39,774 nucleotides of DNA, from assembly GCF_001194135.2 (NCBI RefSeq), contig NC_069000.1, positions 43,569,152 through 43,608,925 of the forward strand, given 5' to 3'. A model generated the notes under the pieces. It had not been told where the DNA came from. It did not search any database and saw only the letters and a program-made list of their open reading frames with translations. Below, piece by piece: positions 10,885 through 23,038 of this stretch. The first letter of the stretch is position 1; each line of letters opens with the position of its first letter. Both the position numbers and the translations under genes were made by a program. The stretch is from Octopus bimaculoides. Lineage: Eukaryota.

Positions 10885-11290
10885 AAGAAGACGTTCTCGA
10901 TCTACCCGGAGCCAAGTGGTTCGGCTTAACGAATCTATCTTGTGATTCTTTCCTTTGGCATTCCAATCACATATCCTTAATACTGCATCTATAACGTCTC
11001 AATACAGAACAAGGAGCGGTTTGACCTGGAAAGACTCCCTGATCCCCGAGCTACTGACGCCGAAGAGTAACGCTACTCCAAAGATTCTTCGAACGGCAGC
11101 TTGCGTTCGGGATCATTCTCTTTCACTCTTTCGCTGATTACTCAGCATTCATGACCGTAAGAGAGGACATGCTCGCAAACCGAATTAAAGATATTGAAGA
11201 TTTAGGTTTTTTTTTTCTTTTTTTACCAACCTATCCACTTCTGAGGATCTGAGACTGGAGCTGGGGCAATATTGTAACAGTGCCTGCAAT
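10885..11290 (-). mobile_element. RTE-clade LINE fragment (post-RT region)
   Basis: With frameshifts: IFNSVCEHVLSYGHEC*VISERV..RIFGVALL..SSGIRESFQVKPLL..GYVIGMPKERITR, matching LSI..LTYGHE.WVMTER..RI.G.SL..RSS.IRE.L.VEPLL..WFGH..RMP.ER. Confidence 0.75.
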
Positions 11291-11751
11291 TTTAACCTAT
11301 GTATATATATATGTACATGTATATATATATGTGTATATATAAATATATGTATATAAATATGTACATGTATGTATATATATATATATATATATNNNNNNNN
11401 NNNNNNNNNNNNNNNNNNNNNNNNNNNNNNNNNNNNNNNNNNNNNNNNNNNNNNNNNNNNNNNNNNNNNNNNNNNNNNNNNNNNNNNNNNNNNNNNNNNN
11501 NNNNNNNNNNNNNNNNNNNNNNNNNNNNNNNNNNNNNNNNNNNNNNNNNNNNNNNNNNNNNNNNNNNNNNNNNNNNNNNNNNNNNNNNNNNNNNNNNNNN
11601 NNNNNNNNNNNNNNNNNNNNNNNNNNNNNNNNNNNNNNNNNNNNNNNNNNNNNNNNNNNNNNNNNNNNNNNNNNNNNNNNNNNNNNNNNNNATAAACACA
11701 TACATACATATACATATATATAAATATATATATATATATATTAGAAAAAAT

Positions 11752-11953
11752 AATAAGGTACTCAGATATCTGGATGGTTGTACATTTACAGATTTTTTAT
11801 TAATACGTCTCATGTTTTTATAAATTAGCGCTTGCATTTATTCTAGTAGATTCTCCAGATTCTAGAATAGATGCAACCGGTATTTTATAAAAAAATGTGA
11901 CATATTAATAAAAATCTGTAAACGTACAACCATCTATATCTGAGTACCTTATT
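11752..11953. repeat. Foldback element: about 95-bp inverted arms with 15-nt loop
   Basis: aataaggtactcagat..ggttgtacatttacagatttt..gcatttattctag (11752-11846) pairs with ctagaatagatgc..aaaatctgtaaacgtacaacc..atctgagtaccttatt (11862-11953); roughly 85% identity by eye. Confidence 0.9.
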
Positions 11954-12003
11954 TTTTTGTTTGTAATATATAATTCCTGTACATCACCTCCAAACCTTCT
12001 AAC

Positions 12004-12034
<31 letters not shown>

Positions 12035-12450
12035 GACACGCACAAACCCAGGCACACCCAAACACCCACACATTCAAACGGCTAATTACTTGGCATGTTC
12101 ACCATCTGTAGTCACCAGCACAGAAGGGATAACATGTCAACATATATTAGAATCGTCCATTATTGACGAACCAGAATATGTTTTCGCGCATTGTGACTAA
12201 AAATTACTCGAGGACAAAATATGGCAGCTAAAAGTACAGGAGATAATGATCGCATTATGTGAGTTGGTAACACAGGCGATCAACTGTTCACATCGACACC
12301 CAATAAATGCATGCGTGTGCGTGAGTGTGTGTGTGTGTGTGTGTGCCGTGTGTGTGTGTGCGCGCGTGGGCGGCTGTGTGTGTGACGTGTGTATGTATAC
12401 ACGCGTATAAACGCAAGATTATATACGCGCACATATGCATGTTTCCTTGT

Positions 12451-12486
<36 letters not shown>

Positions 12487-12910
12487 NNNNNNNNNNNNNN
12501 NNNNNNNNNNNNNNNNNNNNNNNNNNNNNNNNNNNNNNNNNNNNNNNNNNNNNNNNNNNNNNNNNNNNNNNNNNNNNNNNNNNNNNNNNNNNNNNNNNNN
12601 NNNNNNNNNNNNNNNNNNNNNNNNNNNNNNNNNNNNNNNNNNNNNNNNNNNNNNNNNNNNNNNNNNNNNNNNNNNNNNNNNNNNNNNNNNNNNNNNNNNN
12701 NNNNNNNNNNNNNNNNNNNNNNNNNNNNNNNNNNNNNNNNNNNNNNNNNNNNNNNNNNNNNNNNNNNNNNNNNNNNNNNNNNNNNNNNNNNNNNNNNNNN
12801 NNNNNNNNNNNNNNNNNNNNNNNNNNNNNNNNCACACACACACACACACACACACACACTCATATATATATTATAATGGGATAATTACTATGAAGCATTG
12901 TGTGGAAGAA

Positions 12911-13182
12911 TATATTGTATGAAAGATCGTGGGTAATGTCAAAACAATGTGAAGTATATGCAAGGTAAATCACAAGAAAACAAATATGCGCATGTCCACT
13001 CCACACACGCTCACACACGCGCACATCAGCAACATTCGTCAATTTCTTGAAAATGGTGTCATAACCCCGAAATATTGAAAACAAAGTAACTCTACATTAA
13101 TTCACATATTTGTTTACTTGTGATTTGCCTTGCATTTACTTCGCATTGTTTTGACATTACCCACAATCCTTTATACAATATA
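12911..13182. mobile_element. Inverted-repeat (MITE-like) element with 78-bp arms in TA context
   Basis: 12911-12988 is the reverse complement of 13105-13182 with 7 mismatches; 116-bp spacer. Confidence 0.85.
13043..13080 (+). ncRNA. Hammerhead-like motif with U3:A8 covariation, inside the inverted-repeat element
   Basis: UUUC-UUGAAAA-U-GGUGU(CAUA)ACCCC-GAAA-UAUU/GAAA; 4-bp stem I, stem II with one mismatch, palindromic AAUAUU. Confidence 0.45.
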
Positions 13183-13945
13183 TATATATATGTGTGTGTA
13201 TTACAGATACATACACATACATACATATATATAGATATACATATCTAATGAATAAGAAGAAGAAGAAGAAGATACTCTAACACATCTTTAATTATAAGTT
13301 ACACATGTTTCTATACCATCTCCATTTGCAACACCAGTTGACGAGAACATTTTAAGTCAAAAATCACGTAATATTTGCGATTTTAGACGTTGGGGAGGAG
13401 GTACAATGTAATAGCCCACTTTTGATGCATGTCTGATGAAATGCCTCTCCAATATCTAAAACTGCAAATAGAATTTTTAGGTGTCAGACAGTGAGACTAG
13501 TTTGTCTGGTTAAAGTTTTAATTGTCCAATCAAAGACATGGCAGAATTATATAGCGCGGATCTATACGCAAGAATATATTTAACTAAGCGATAAAGAGCG
13601 GGAATGACTACGGTGGAAAACCGTGGACATATGAGGTCTTAGAGGCATATTTATATATATATATAGGAAGATGTAAGCCAACAGATGCGCAAACACAGAA
13701 ACATGTGCGCAGACAGTCATACAGGTATGGATATATTGTGAATATATTACGTTAATTGCATTTTATATACGTGCGAACTCAAACGATGGACAAGTCAATC
13801 GCAAATTCATTGACACGCGCGCGAACACACACACAAACACACACAAAAAAAACACACACATACATGCACACAGATATATACACTCCTCGATATATTTATA
13901 TATATTTATATGTATATATACATATGTATATATATACATATTTAC

Positions 13946-13976
<31 letters not shown>

Positions 13977-14124
13977 TATATATATATAGAGAAATAAATA
14001 GATAGATAGATACACATGGTTATACATAAATAAGTATATATGCATATAAATAAATGCCTACATATATATGCGTAAATATGCATATATGTACTTGTGTACA
14101 TATATATATGCATGTATACATTGT

Positions 14125-14174
<50 letters not shown>

Positions 14175-14595
14175 GTATACAGACATACATACACACACAA
14201 CGATACATATACATTCACATACACTCATATCCACGCACACACACACATGTATGTGTGTGTGTGCGTTCGGCATTATAAATTCATACAGACGTGCACAGAA
14301 GAACGTCAGTGCGAGTGTCTCTGCGTCTGTATACGTCCATGTGTGCGTGCTTGCGTGTACACGCCTAGCAACGCAGGAACATCAGTATACATGAGCTATA
14401 CCCAAGTATACGTCGATCGTCCATGCTACACACACAGTCCAATAGATTTGCGGCCATTAAGCAAGCTCATTGTTACTCCGGACGTGACTTTGGTGAGATT
14501 TATACCAGCCAGCCAACCAGCCAGCCAACCAGCAAGATCGTTTAGTTATGGTTGTGTCCTTCGTCAATATCTTCCCTGTGGCTGCTGTTGTATTG

Positions 14596-14852
14596 CTTTC
14601 ACTCTTTCGCTCTTTTACATGTTTCAGTCATTTGATTGCGGCCGTGTTGGAGCACCGGTGTGAAGGGTTATAGTTGGAGAAATCGAATCCCGCGACTTAT
14701 TCTTTGTAAGGGGCTTATTGCCTCGGCCTTTTTTACTTTGCCGAACAGCTAAGTGACGGGGACGTAAACACACCAACACCGGTTGTCAAGCAGTCTTGGG
14801 GGACAAGCAGAGACACAAAGATGCGGGGGCACACACACACACACACACACAC
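14596..14852 (-). mobile_element. SINE family B 3' module running into (CA)n and a gap
   Basis: tttcagtcatttgattgcggccgtgttggagcaccg..gacttattctttgtaag..gccgaacagctaagtgacggggacgtaaacacaccaacaccggttgtcaagc. Confidence 0.88.
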
Positions 14853-15579
14853 NNNNNNNNNNNNNNNNNNNNNNNNNNNNNNNNNNNNNNNNNNNNNNNN
14901 NNNNNNNNNNNNNNNNNNNNNNNNNNNNNNNNNNNNNNNNNNNNNNNNNNNNNNNNNNNNNNNNNNNNNNNNNNNNNNNNNNNNNNNNNNNNNNNNNNNN
15001 NNNNNNNNNNNNNNNNNNNNNNNNNNNNNNNNNNNNNNNNNNNNNNNNNNNNNNNNNNNNNNNNNNNNNNNNNNNNNNNNNNNNNNNNNNNNNNNNNNNN
15101 NNNNNNNNNNNNNNNNNNNNNNNNNNNNNNNNNNNNNNNNNNNNNNNNNNNNNNNNNNNNNNNNNNNNNNNNNNNNNNNNNNNNNNNNNNNNNNNNNNNN
15201 NNNNNNNNNNNNNNNNNNNNNNNNNNNNNNNNNNNNNNNNNNNNNNNNNNNNNNNNNNNNNNNNNNNNNNNNNNNNNNNNNNNNNNNNNNNNNNNNNNNN
15301 NNNNNNNNNNNNNNNNNNNNNNNNNNNNNNNNNNNNNNNNNNNNNNNNNNNNNNNNNNNNNNNNNNNNNNNNNNNNNNNNNNNNNNNNNNNNNNNNNNNN
15401 NNNNNNNNNNNNNNNNNNNNNNNNNNNNNNNNNNNNNNNNNNNNNNNNNNNNNNNNNNNNNNNNNNNNNNNNNNNNNNNNNNNNNNNNNNNNNNNNNNNN
15501 NNNNNNNNNNNNNNNNNNNNNNNNNNNNNNNNNNNNNNNNNNNNNNNNNNNNNNNNNNNNNNNNNNNNNNNNNNNNNNN
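14853..15579. other. Assembly gap flanked by (CA)n and (TA)n
   Basis: N run; other large gaps include 17529-18087, 20223-20984 and 36751-37591. Confidence 0.99.
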
Positions 15580-15634
<55 letters not shown>

Positions 15635-16254
15635 CATTGATGTACGTATGCATATGCATAATTTATGCATGTGTGAGTGTGTTGAGAGGCATAATTTTTG
15701 ATAATAGAAATCAGCTGGATGTTCCCGATCTGTCGGTTTAGTTCAGTAGTTGTTTGTAAATATTTAAATGACCGCACATCGTTTCCGGTAAGCTTGATGT
15801 AAAGTTACATGTATAATTGACTTCGACGTTGAAGGAACGGTCACAGGTGAAGGAAGCTACACCGCGTGAAACTCATGCCTACACACACATACACTCACAA
15901 AGGTACATGTAAAGATTTAATATATGAGAGGATATCTATCTTTATATGTAGGCTAAGAAAACGTAAATATCGAGGTATGGTTACGCTCACAATTACCTTT
16001 ATCTTTTGCTAACCTTTCAAAAATTTTAATGGTGATGTATAACTGTAGTAATAACATTTTGAATAACATATTTATATTTTACATAAAAATATCTATTATC
16101 ATTTTGGTGGTAAATAATACAATTCGGATGACACAAGCTTTTTTTTTCCATAAAATTATTTTACAGTAGTTGCATTCAAAACATAAGACATTGTAATATT
16201 TTTCTTTCCTATTAAGTTAAATAATAAAACATCAAACCTGTCAAATTTATGTAC

Positions 16255-17502
16255 CTAAAACCCATCAAATTCCTCATAATCATCAGTATCTGTTTCTAAA
16301 AGTTCCCTCATACATATCACAAGATTCANNNNNNNNNNNNNNNNNNNNNNNNNNNNNNNNNNNNNNNNNNNNNNNNNNNNNNNNNNNNNNNNNNNNNNNN
16401 NNNNNNNNNNNNNNNNNNNNNNNNNNNNNNNNNNNNNNNNNNNNNNNNNNNNNNNNNNNNNNNNNNNNNNNNNNNNNNNNNNNNNNNNNNNNNNNNNNNN
16501 NNNNNNNNNNNNNNNNNNNNNNNNNNNNNNNNNNNNNNNNNNNNNNNNNNNNNNNNNNNNNNNNNNATGGCATCATGGTAAGGATTCCAGTCTGGTTCTG
16601 GTGAATCGACTTCGACGTCGCTATTGTTCAGAATATCATCTTCGGTACCATCCATGGCATTAGAGATACCGCATTTAAAAAATGATTCTTATCACATTTT
16701 CTACTTTAACTTTGTCCCATACCTTTATAACAAAGAACACAGAGAACTTCAAGTGAGGCAGCACGATTAGCTCCACCTTTTGTAAAAGATCTTTCTCCAT
16801 TCAACACCCAGTCATTCCATTGCTCTCTCACATTATCTTTAAATGGTTCCTCTTGTGCTTCCTTGGGCATTGTCTCAATTTTTCCTCATCCTTTCTCCAC
16901 TCTCGTACCATCTTCTCAGCAGCATCGAAAGTTTTAGCAGCAGCTGCTTCTATAACTTTCAATCTGAAACTAGCCTCATGTTTTCTCCTTTTTCCTGGTG
17001 GTTGCATATTTGTATGGGTATAAAACAATTATCAAATTCAATTAACTAGACAATTTGTGATTTTATATGAAATATAGGTAAATGGTTATTAATACTCCTG
17101 GTTGTTTGTAACTGTTTAGAACATTTCAATCATATGAACCACCGTTATCGTATTGTTGTTAGCGGTTGTTATGATAGCGATAAAGTTTTGATAAAGAAGA
17201 AGAATCAGGTTCCCTTTTAGGCGACGAGTATACGAAAAAACATGATATAGAAACGGATCTGTTATTTCACTTATTTTAAGTTCTACGGATATAGTAAGCA
17301 AAAGAAACATTTGATATAACATCATCTTTACATGACCAATATTTCGTAAGATATCCGTTGTTGCAAAAGCTAGACTTGTACACAGATGGTCTTGTAATTT
17401 AGCAGTCGTCTTATACTACAGATATGAGATAAATTCATGAAATCGTTGACAAATTTTGACCCCGTCTTATCTAAAGATCACCTTATACACGGAAATAAAC
17501 GG
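16255..17502 (-). mobile_element. Internally deleted pogo-type DNA transposon (Brinker-like N-terminus, POGK-like architecture)
   Basis: ATG at 17005-17007: MQPPGKRRKHEASFRLKVIEAA..AEKMVREWRKDEEKLRQCPRK joined near 16850 to PFKDNVREQWNDWVLNGERSFTKGG..RAASLEVLC..FKCGISNAMDGTEDDIL..ELLETDTDDYEEFDGF* (stop 16255-16257); probable terminus cgtcttat..ccttatacacggaaataaacgg at 17462-17502. Confidence 0.85.
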
Positions 17503-19056
17503 CATATATATATATATATATATATATANNNNNNNNNNNNNNNNNNNNNNNNNNNNNNNNNNNNNNNNNNNNNNNNNNNNNNNNNNNNNNNNNNNNNNNN
17601 NNNNNNNNNNNNNNNNNNNNNNNNNNNNNNNNNNNNNNNNNNNNNNNNNNNNNNNNNNNNNNNNNNNNNNNNNNNNNNNNNNNNNNNNNNNNNNNNNNNN
17701 NNNNNNNNNNNNNNNNNNNNNNNNNNNNNNNNNNNNNNNNNNNNNNNNNNNNNNNNNNNNNNNNNNNNNNNNNNNNNNNNNNNNNNNNNNNNNNNNNNNN
17801 NNNNNNNNNNNNNNNNNNNNNNNNNNNNNNNNNNNNNNNNNNNNNNNNNNNNNNNNNNNNNNNNNNNNNNNNNNNNNNNNNNNNNNNNNNNNNNNNNNNN
17901 NNNNNNNNNNNNNNNNNNNNNNNNNNNNNNNNNNNNNNNNNNNNNNNNNNNNNNNNNNNNNNNNNNNNNNNNNNNNNNNNNNNNNNNNNNNNNNNNNNNN
18001 NNNNNNNNNNNNNNNNNNNNNNNNNNNNNNNNNNNNNNNNNNNNNNNNNNNNNNNNNNNNNNNNNNNNNNNNNNNNNNNNNNNNNNNGTGTGTGTGTGTG
18101 TGTGTTTGCTTGCGTGTGTGTGTGTGTGTGTTTGCTTGCGTGTGTGTGTGTGTGTGTATGTGTGTGTGCATATGTATGTATGTATGTATGTATATATCTT
18201 TAAAAATTCATCATTACTTCAATAATATAGTAGCGTAAAACCGATTATTGATGTGGTGGCTTTCATTAATGATGAAGCTTGATTTGTTGATATTTATGCC
18301 ATGAGCATTGGTAACAAATCCTGTCTTCTCTCTCCCTCTTTCTCTCTCTCGCTGGTACTCTCTGAGAATTATGGATTCTTTCGTTAGGAACACTGATACT
18401 ACAGCGTTTCAGGATAACATTCATAAGTTCATAAAGTGTACATATATATTAGTTTTGTTTAAATACTTAGATAGTTATAAATAATCATTTCATAACACGA
18501 TATCGCAGGGAAAATTATTTTTTAATCTCTTCAGAGCCCACCGAAAATCAGTTACAAATTTCACGATCTGTCACACATCCGCCATTAGAACTTTCCTATA
18601 AAGCAGACGACCAACCGATCATGTCTCTGTTGGCTATCCGAACTTGATGTGTGGCTATTTGATGTGTGGCTATTTGAAGAGGAGAAAAGTAGGAGAATGT
18701 GGAAGAGGTGGAGGAAGAGAAAGGCTCTTTCGGAATCGGTTCAGATTTCTTGTAACAGTTTATCATTCCGACATATTGCAGTAAACATAGCAGAAATGAT
18801 GCGAAAAGATGCCAGCCGACCGTGAAAAAGTTATTGGCATGGAGGGGTGTCCGGTTTCATCAATGCCACTCACACATACATACAAAATTACACACGCATG
18901 CGCATCTATGAGTATGTGTGTACGTCGACGTATGGATATATATATGTATACACACATACGCACACAAACACACACATATACATATATATATATATATATA
19001 TATACTGTGCTTTTATATATCCGTGTGTTTGAGTGTGTACACGTCACACTACGTTG

Positions 19057-19138
<82 letters not shown>

Positions 19139-19669
19139 TACATGCATATATACATATATCCATATATTTGTATACATATACAGACACACACACATATATG
19201 TACAGGCATAAACTTTAATACGTGTATTGAGTGCGTTGTCAGATTGTTTCTCAGAGAGAGAGAGAGATGTAGATAAACAGAAACGTACATGCATTTCTAC
19301 TTACACACACATGTACAGATACAGTCACAGTTACATATCAAATATACACCTACACACACACACACACAGAGTATATTAATACATGTGTATTAATATATGT
19401 ATATATATATAAAACAAATACACACGTGTCCGTGTGAGAATTCTGTAAGTGGAGAAGCTGTTTTTCTCCTCCACTGTCTGCTCGCCTGTCAGACTGGCAG
19501 ACTACATAGTTTAATCTACGTGGATTACTTAAATATGAAGTTTATAAATATTTAAATAAACACACACCGCTTCTCTCGCAAAGAGGAAAGAAATAAATAT
19601 GATGCCGAACGATATGTTATGTTTATTTTTACGATCAATGAAAGGCGAAGAGTTTAGAAGGCAAGATGG

Positions 19670-19696
19670 TAATAAATAATAATAATAATAATAATA

Positions 19697-19729
<33 letters not shown>

Positions 19730-19730
19730 T
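19670..19730. repeat. (AAT)n switching to (ATT)n (self-complementary microsatellite junction)
   Basis: Directly visible; the ATT half is contiguous with the adjacent SINE end. Confidence 0.9.
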
Positions 19731-19970
19731 GGGCATAAGGCCAGGAATTTGGTGGAGGGGTATAGTCGATTACAACGACCGCAGTATCCAACTGGTACTT
19801 ATTGCATCGACCCCGAAAGGATGAAAGGTAAAGTCGACCTCGGATATTTGCATTTATCGACCCCGGTAGGATAAAAAAACGAAGTCGACCTCAACGACAT
19901 TTAAACTCAGAACGTAAAGACGGACGAAATATTGCAAAGCATTTTGTCCGGCATGCTAAACATTCTGCCG
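19731..19970 (-). mobile_element. SINE family A with internal about 45-bp duplication
   Basis: The atcgacccc..gtcgacctc module occurs twice; aactcagaacgtaaagacggacgaaat..cattctgcc head. Confidence 0.88.
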
Positions 19971-19981
19971 ATTTTAAATCT

Positions 19982-20180
19982 TGGCATAAGGCCAACAATT
20001 TCGGAGCAGGGAGTGAGTCGACTACATGGAGCCCAATATTCAACTGGTATTTGTCTTATCGACCCTGAAAAGTATTTAAGGCGAAGTCGACCCCAGCAAT
20101 ATTTCAACTCGGAGCGAAAAGCAAAAAGAAATGACGTTAAGCTTTTGTCCCGTATCCTGACGACTCTGCCAGCTTTCCTT
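19982..20180 (-). mobile_element. SINE family A, diverged tandem neighbour
   Basis: ggcataaggccaacaatttcgg..caactggtattt..atcgaccc..gtcgacc..aactcggagcg..gactctgccagct. Confidence 0.8.
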
Positions 20181-20984
20181 CTTGGAATAATAATAATAAT
20201 TCCTTCCAGTATAAGCACAAGANNNNNNNNNNNNNNNNNNNNNNNNNNNNNNNNNNNNNNNNNNNNNNNNNNNNNNNNNNNNNNNNNNNNNNNNNNNNNN
20301 NNNNNNNNNNNNNNNNNNNNNNNNNNNNNNNNNNNNNNNNNNNNNNNNNNNNNNNNNNNNNNNNNNNNNNNNNNNNNNNNNNNNNNNNNNNNNNNNNNNN
20401 NNNNNNNNNNNNNNNNNNNNNNNNNNNNNNNNNNNNNNNNNNNNNNNNNNNNNNNNNNNNNNNNNNNNNNNNNNNNNNNNNNNNNNNNNNNNNNNNNNNN
20501 NNNNNNNNNNNNNNNNNNNNNNNNNNNNNNNNNNNNNNNNNNNNNNNNNNNNNNNNNNNNNNNNNNNNNNNNNNNNNNNNNNNNNNNNNNNNNNNNNNNN
20601 NNNNNNNNNNNNNNNNNNNNNNNNNNNNNNNNNNNNNNNNNNNNNNNNNNNNNNNNNNNNNNNNNNNNNNNNNNNNNNNNNNNNNNNNNNNNNNNNNNNN
20701 NNNNNNNNNNNNNNNNNNNNNNNNNNNNNNNNNNNNNNNNNNNNNNNNNNNNNNNNNNNNNNNNNNNNNNNNNNNNNNNNNNNNNNNNNNNNNNNNNNNN
20801 NNNNNNNNNNNNNNNNNNNNNNNNNNNNNNNNNNNNNNNNNNNNNNNNNNNNNNNNNNNNNNNNNNNNNNNNNNNNNNNNNNNNNNNNNNNNNNNNNNNN
20901 NNNNNNNNNNNNNNNNNNNNNNNNNNNNNNNNNNNNNNNNNNNNNNNNNNNNNNNNNNNNNNNNNNNNNNNNNNNNNNNNNNNN

Positions 20985-21078
20985 ATGCAGTGGGGCGATT
21001 CATTGAACTAAAAACACATCGAAGCTGTGCTCCAGCATGGCCGTTGTCTAAAGACTGAAACAAGTAAAAGATAAAAGT
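20985..21078 (+). mobile_element. SINE family B 3' terminus
   Basis: gctgtgctccagcatggccg..gactgaaacaagtaaaagataaaag. Confidence 0.8.
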
Positions 21079-22167
21079 CTATATATATATATATATATAT
21101 TAGGCGTATGTGTATGCATGCGCACGCGCGCACACATTCCACATGTTCGCATAATCAATATATAGCCGACAGGCAGACAAGATGGCCGATAACAAAACAA
21201 TTATGAACCAAACACTACCCAATTATTCAGCAAAGCCAATCCACCGGCGAAATAAGAACACATACACATGAAAACACGTACACATCCACCAAACCACCCG
21301 TATGTAGATACGTACGTACCTACCTACCTACGTACATACATACATACATACAAATATACATAATACATATATGCATACATACAGACAAACGTACTTACAT
21401 ACATACGTAAGCCTTTTCGCTTAGAAAGAAAATGGAAGACAAATGGCGTGTTGAGATGCCGGTTTAAGAAGTCTACGTAGAGAGACTGGAAGTTAAAGGT
21501 AAGGTTAATGCCAGTGAGAAAGGTGACCAATACTTCGCTCTTGCTCTTCCATTCCTGAGTCTTTTTATTCTGTGAGTTTTTTTTTTTTACTTCTTCCTGT
21601 CTTCCTTTCTTTCCTCCATTCTTTCGCTTCTCTTGGTAGTATTCTAGCTACAGCGTGTATATGCGTATGTACAAACATATATATATGTGTGTGTGTATGT
21701 GTGTGCGTGTGTGCGTGTGTATGTATGAATATATATATATATATATATATAGATATATATATATATACTAATGTACACATGTTTGTGTAAGAGCGGCTGT
21801 ACGTATATATATGGGTTTATGTGTATACGTATATACATACGCACACATACATACATATATTCATACATATATAGATAGATACGTATATATATATACAGAT
21901 ACATATATATATATNNNNNNNNNNNNNNNNNNNNNNNNNNNNNNNNNNNNNNNNNNNNNNNNNNNNNNNNNNNNNNNNNNNNNNNNNNNNNNNNNNNNNN
22001 NNNNNNNNNNNNNNTGCTTCCCCCCACCCATTCTTCAATTTTTCTTTTCTTTCTCTTCAGCAGGGCCCATAGTGACAGTTATGTTGTAAACCCAAGTTCT
22101 ATTGTAAACTTCTGTAAACCTTTGATCCGATCATCCATATTATACAATTAAGTGAAATAACGAAATC

Positions 22168-22365
22168 CCAAAGCCCGAAAGTTTGGGGCGGTGGGCCAGT
22201 CGATTAGATCGACCCCAGTACGCAACTGGTACTGTAATTATCGACTCCGAAAGGATGAAAGGCAAAGTCGGCCTCGGCGAAATTTGAACTCAGAACGTAA
22301 AGATAGACGAATACCGCTAAGCATTTCGCCCGGTATGCTAACATTTCTACCAGCTCGCCGCCTTA
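22168..22365 (-). mobile_element. SINE family A, near full length
   Basis: Reverse complement: aaggcggcgagctggtagaaatgttagcataccgggcgaaatgcttagcggtattcg..acgttctgagttcaaatttcgccgagg (A-box and B-box GTTCAAAT). Confidence 0.93.
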
Positions 22366-22699
22366 CGAAGTTCCAATTTTCGAGAATAAAGTGGATTCGT
22401 AATGACATATGGAAATTATGCGAATGACTGAGTACACCGTTATGTGAAACGTGGCTAATGGCGTAAAACGAAAGAAGGAAATCGTATATAACACATCTAA
22501 AATTAGCAATGAATGTCAAACTTACACACCTAATTATAGAAGCCACATCATAATTTATGACCGAATTCCTTTAGTGATCAAATGGCACCGAAACTTCGCT
22601 GTCATTTCAAAAGCGTCGTATGAAGGTTACGAACATATTTCGGAAAACTATTTCCGCATCCGCTTACTGTCATTACTATTAATTCTTTTTGTTTTTGCT

Positions 22700-22707
22700 G
22701 TAGTAGT

Positions 22708-22780
<73 letters not shown>

Positions 22781-22790
22781 TTACTATTAT
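22700..22790. repeat. (AGT)n/(AGC)n trinucleotide array
   Basis: Directly visible. Confidence 0.97.
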
Positions 22791-22808
22791 CATAGTTAAA
22801 CAATGGTG

Positions 22809-23038
22809 AAGACGGCGAGCTAACTGAATCGTTAGCACGCCGGGCGAAATGCTTAACGGCATTTCGTACGTCCTTACCCTCTGAGTTCAAATTCCGCCGA
22901 GGTCGAATTTGCCTTTCATCCTTTCGGGGTCGATAAAATAAGTATCAGTTACACACTGGGGTCGATGTAATCAATTAATACCACCCACCCACCCCCCGTA
23001 AAACGTTAGGCCTTACGACTATAGTAAAAAGTATTATT
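22809..23038 (+). mobile_element. SINE family A, full length
   Basis: gacggcgagctaactgaatcgttagcacgccgggcgaaatgc..ctgagttcaaattccgccgaggtcga..ggccttacgactatagtaaaaagtattatt. Confidence 0.93.

Noticed and set aside
15960-15982. Possible second terminus of the pogo element (acgtaaatatcgaggtat)
   Set aside because: Only about half the positions match the reverse complement of 17483-17502; not supportable.
21425-21505. Exon-like segment between ttttcgcttag and AAG|gtaagg
   Set aside because: Stop codons in all three frames; no support.
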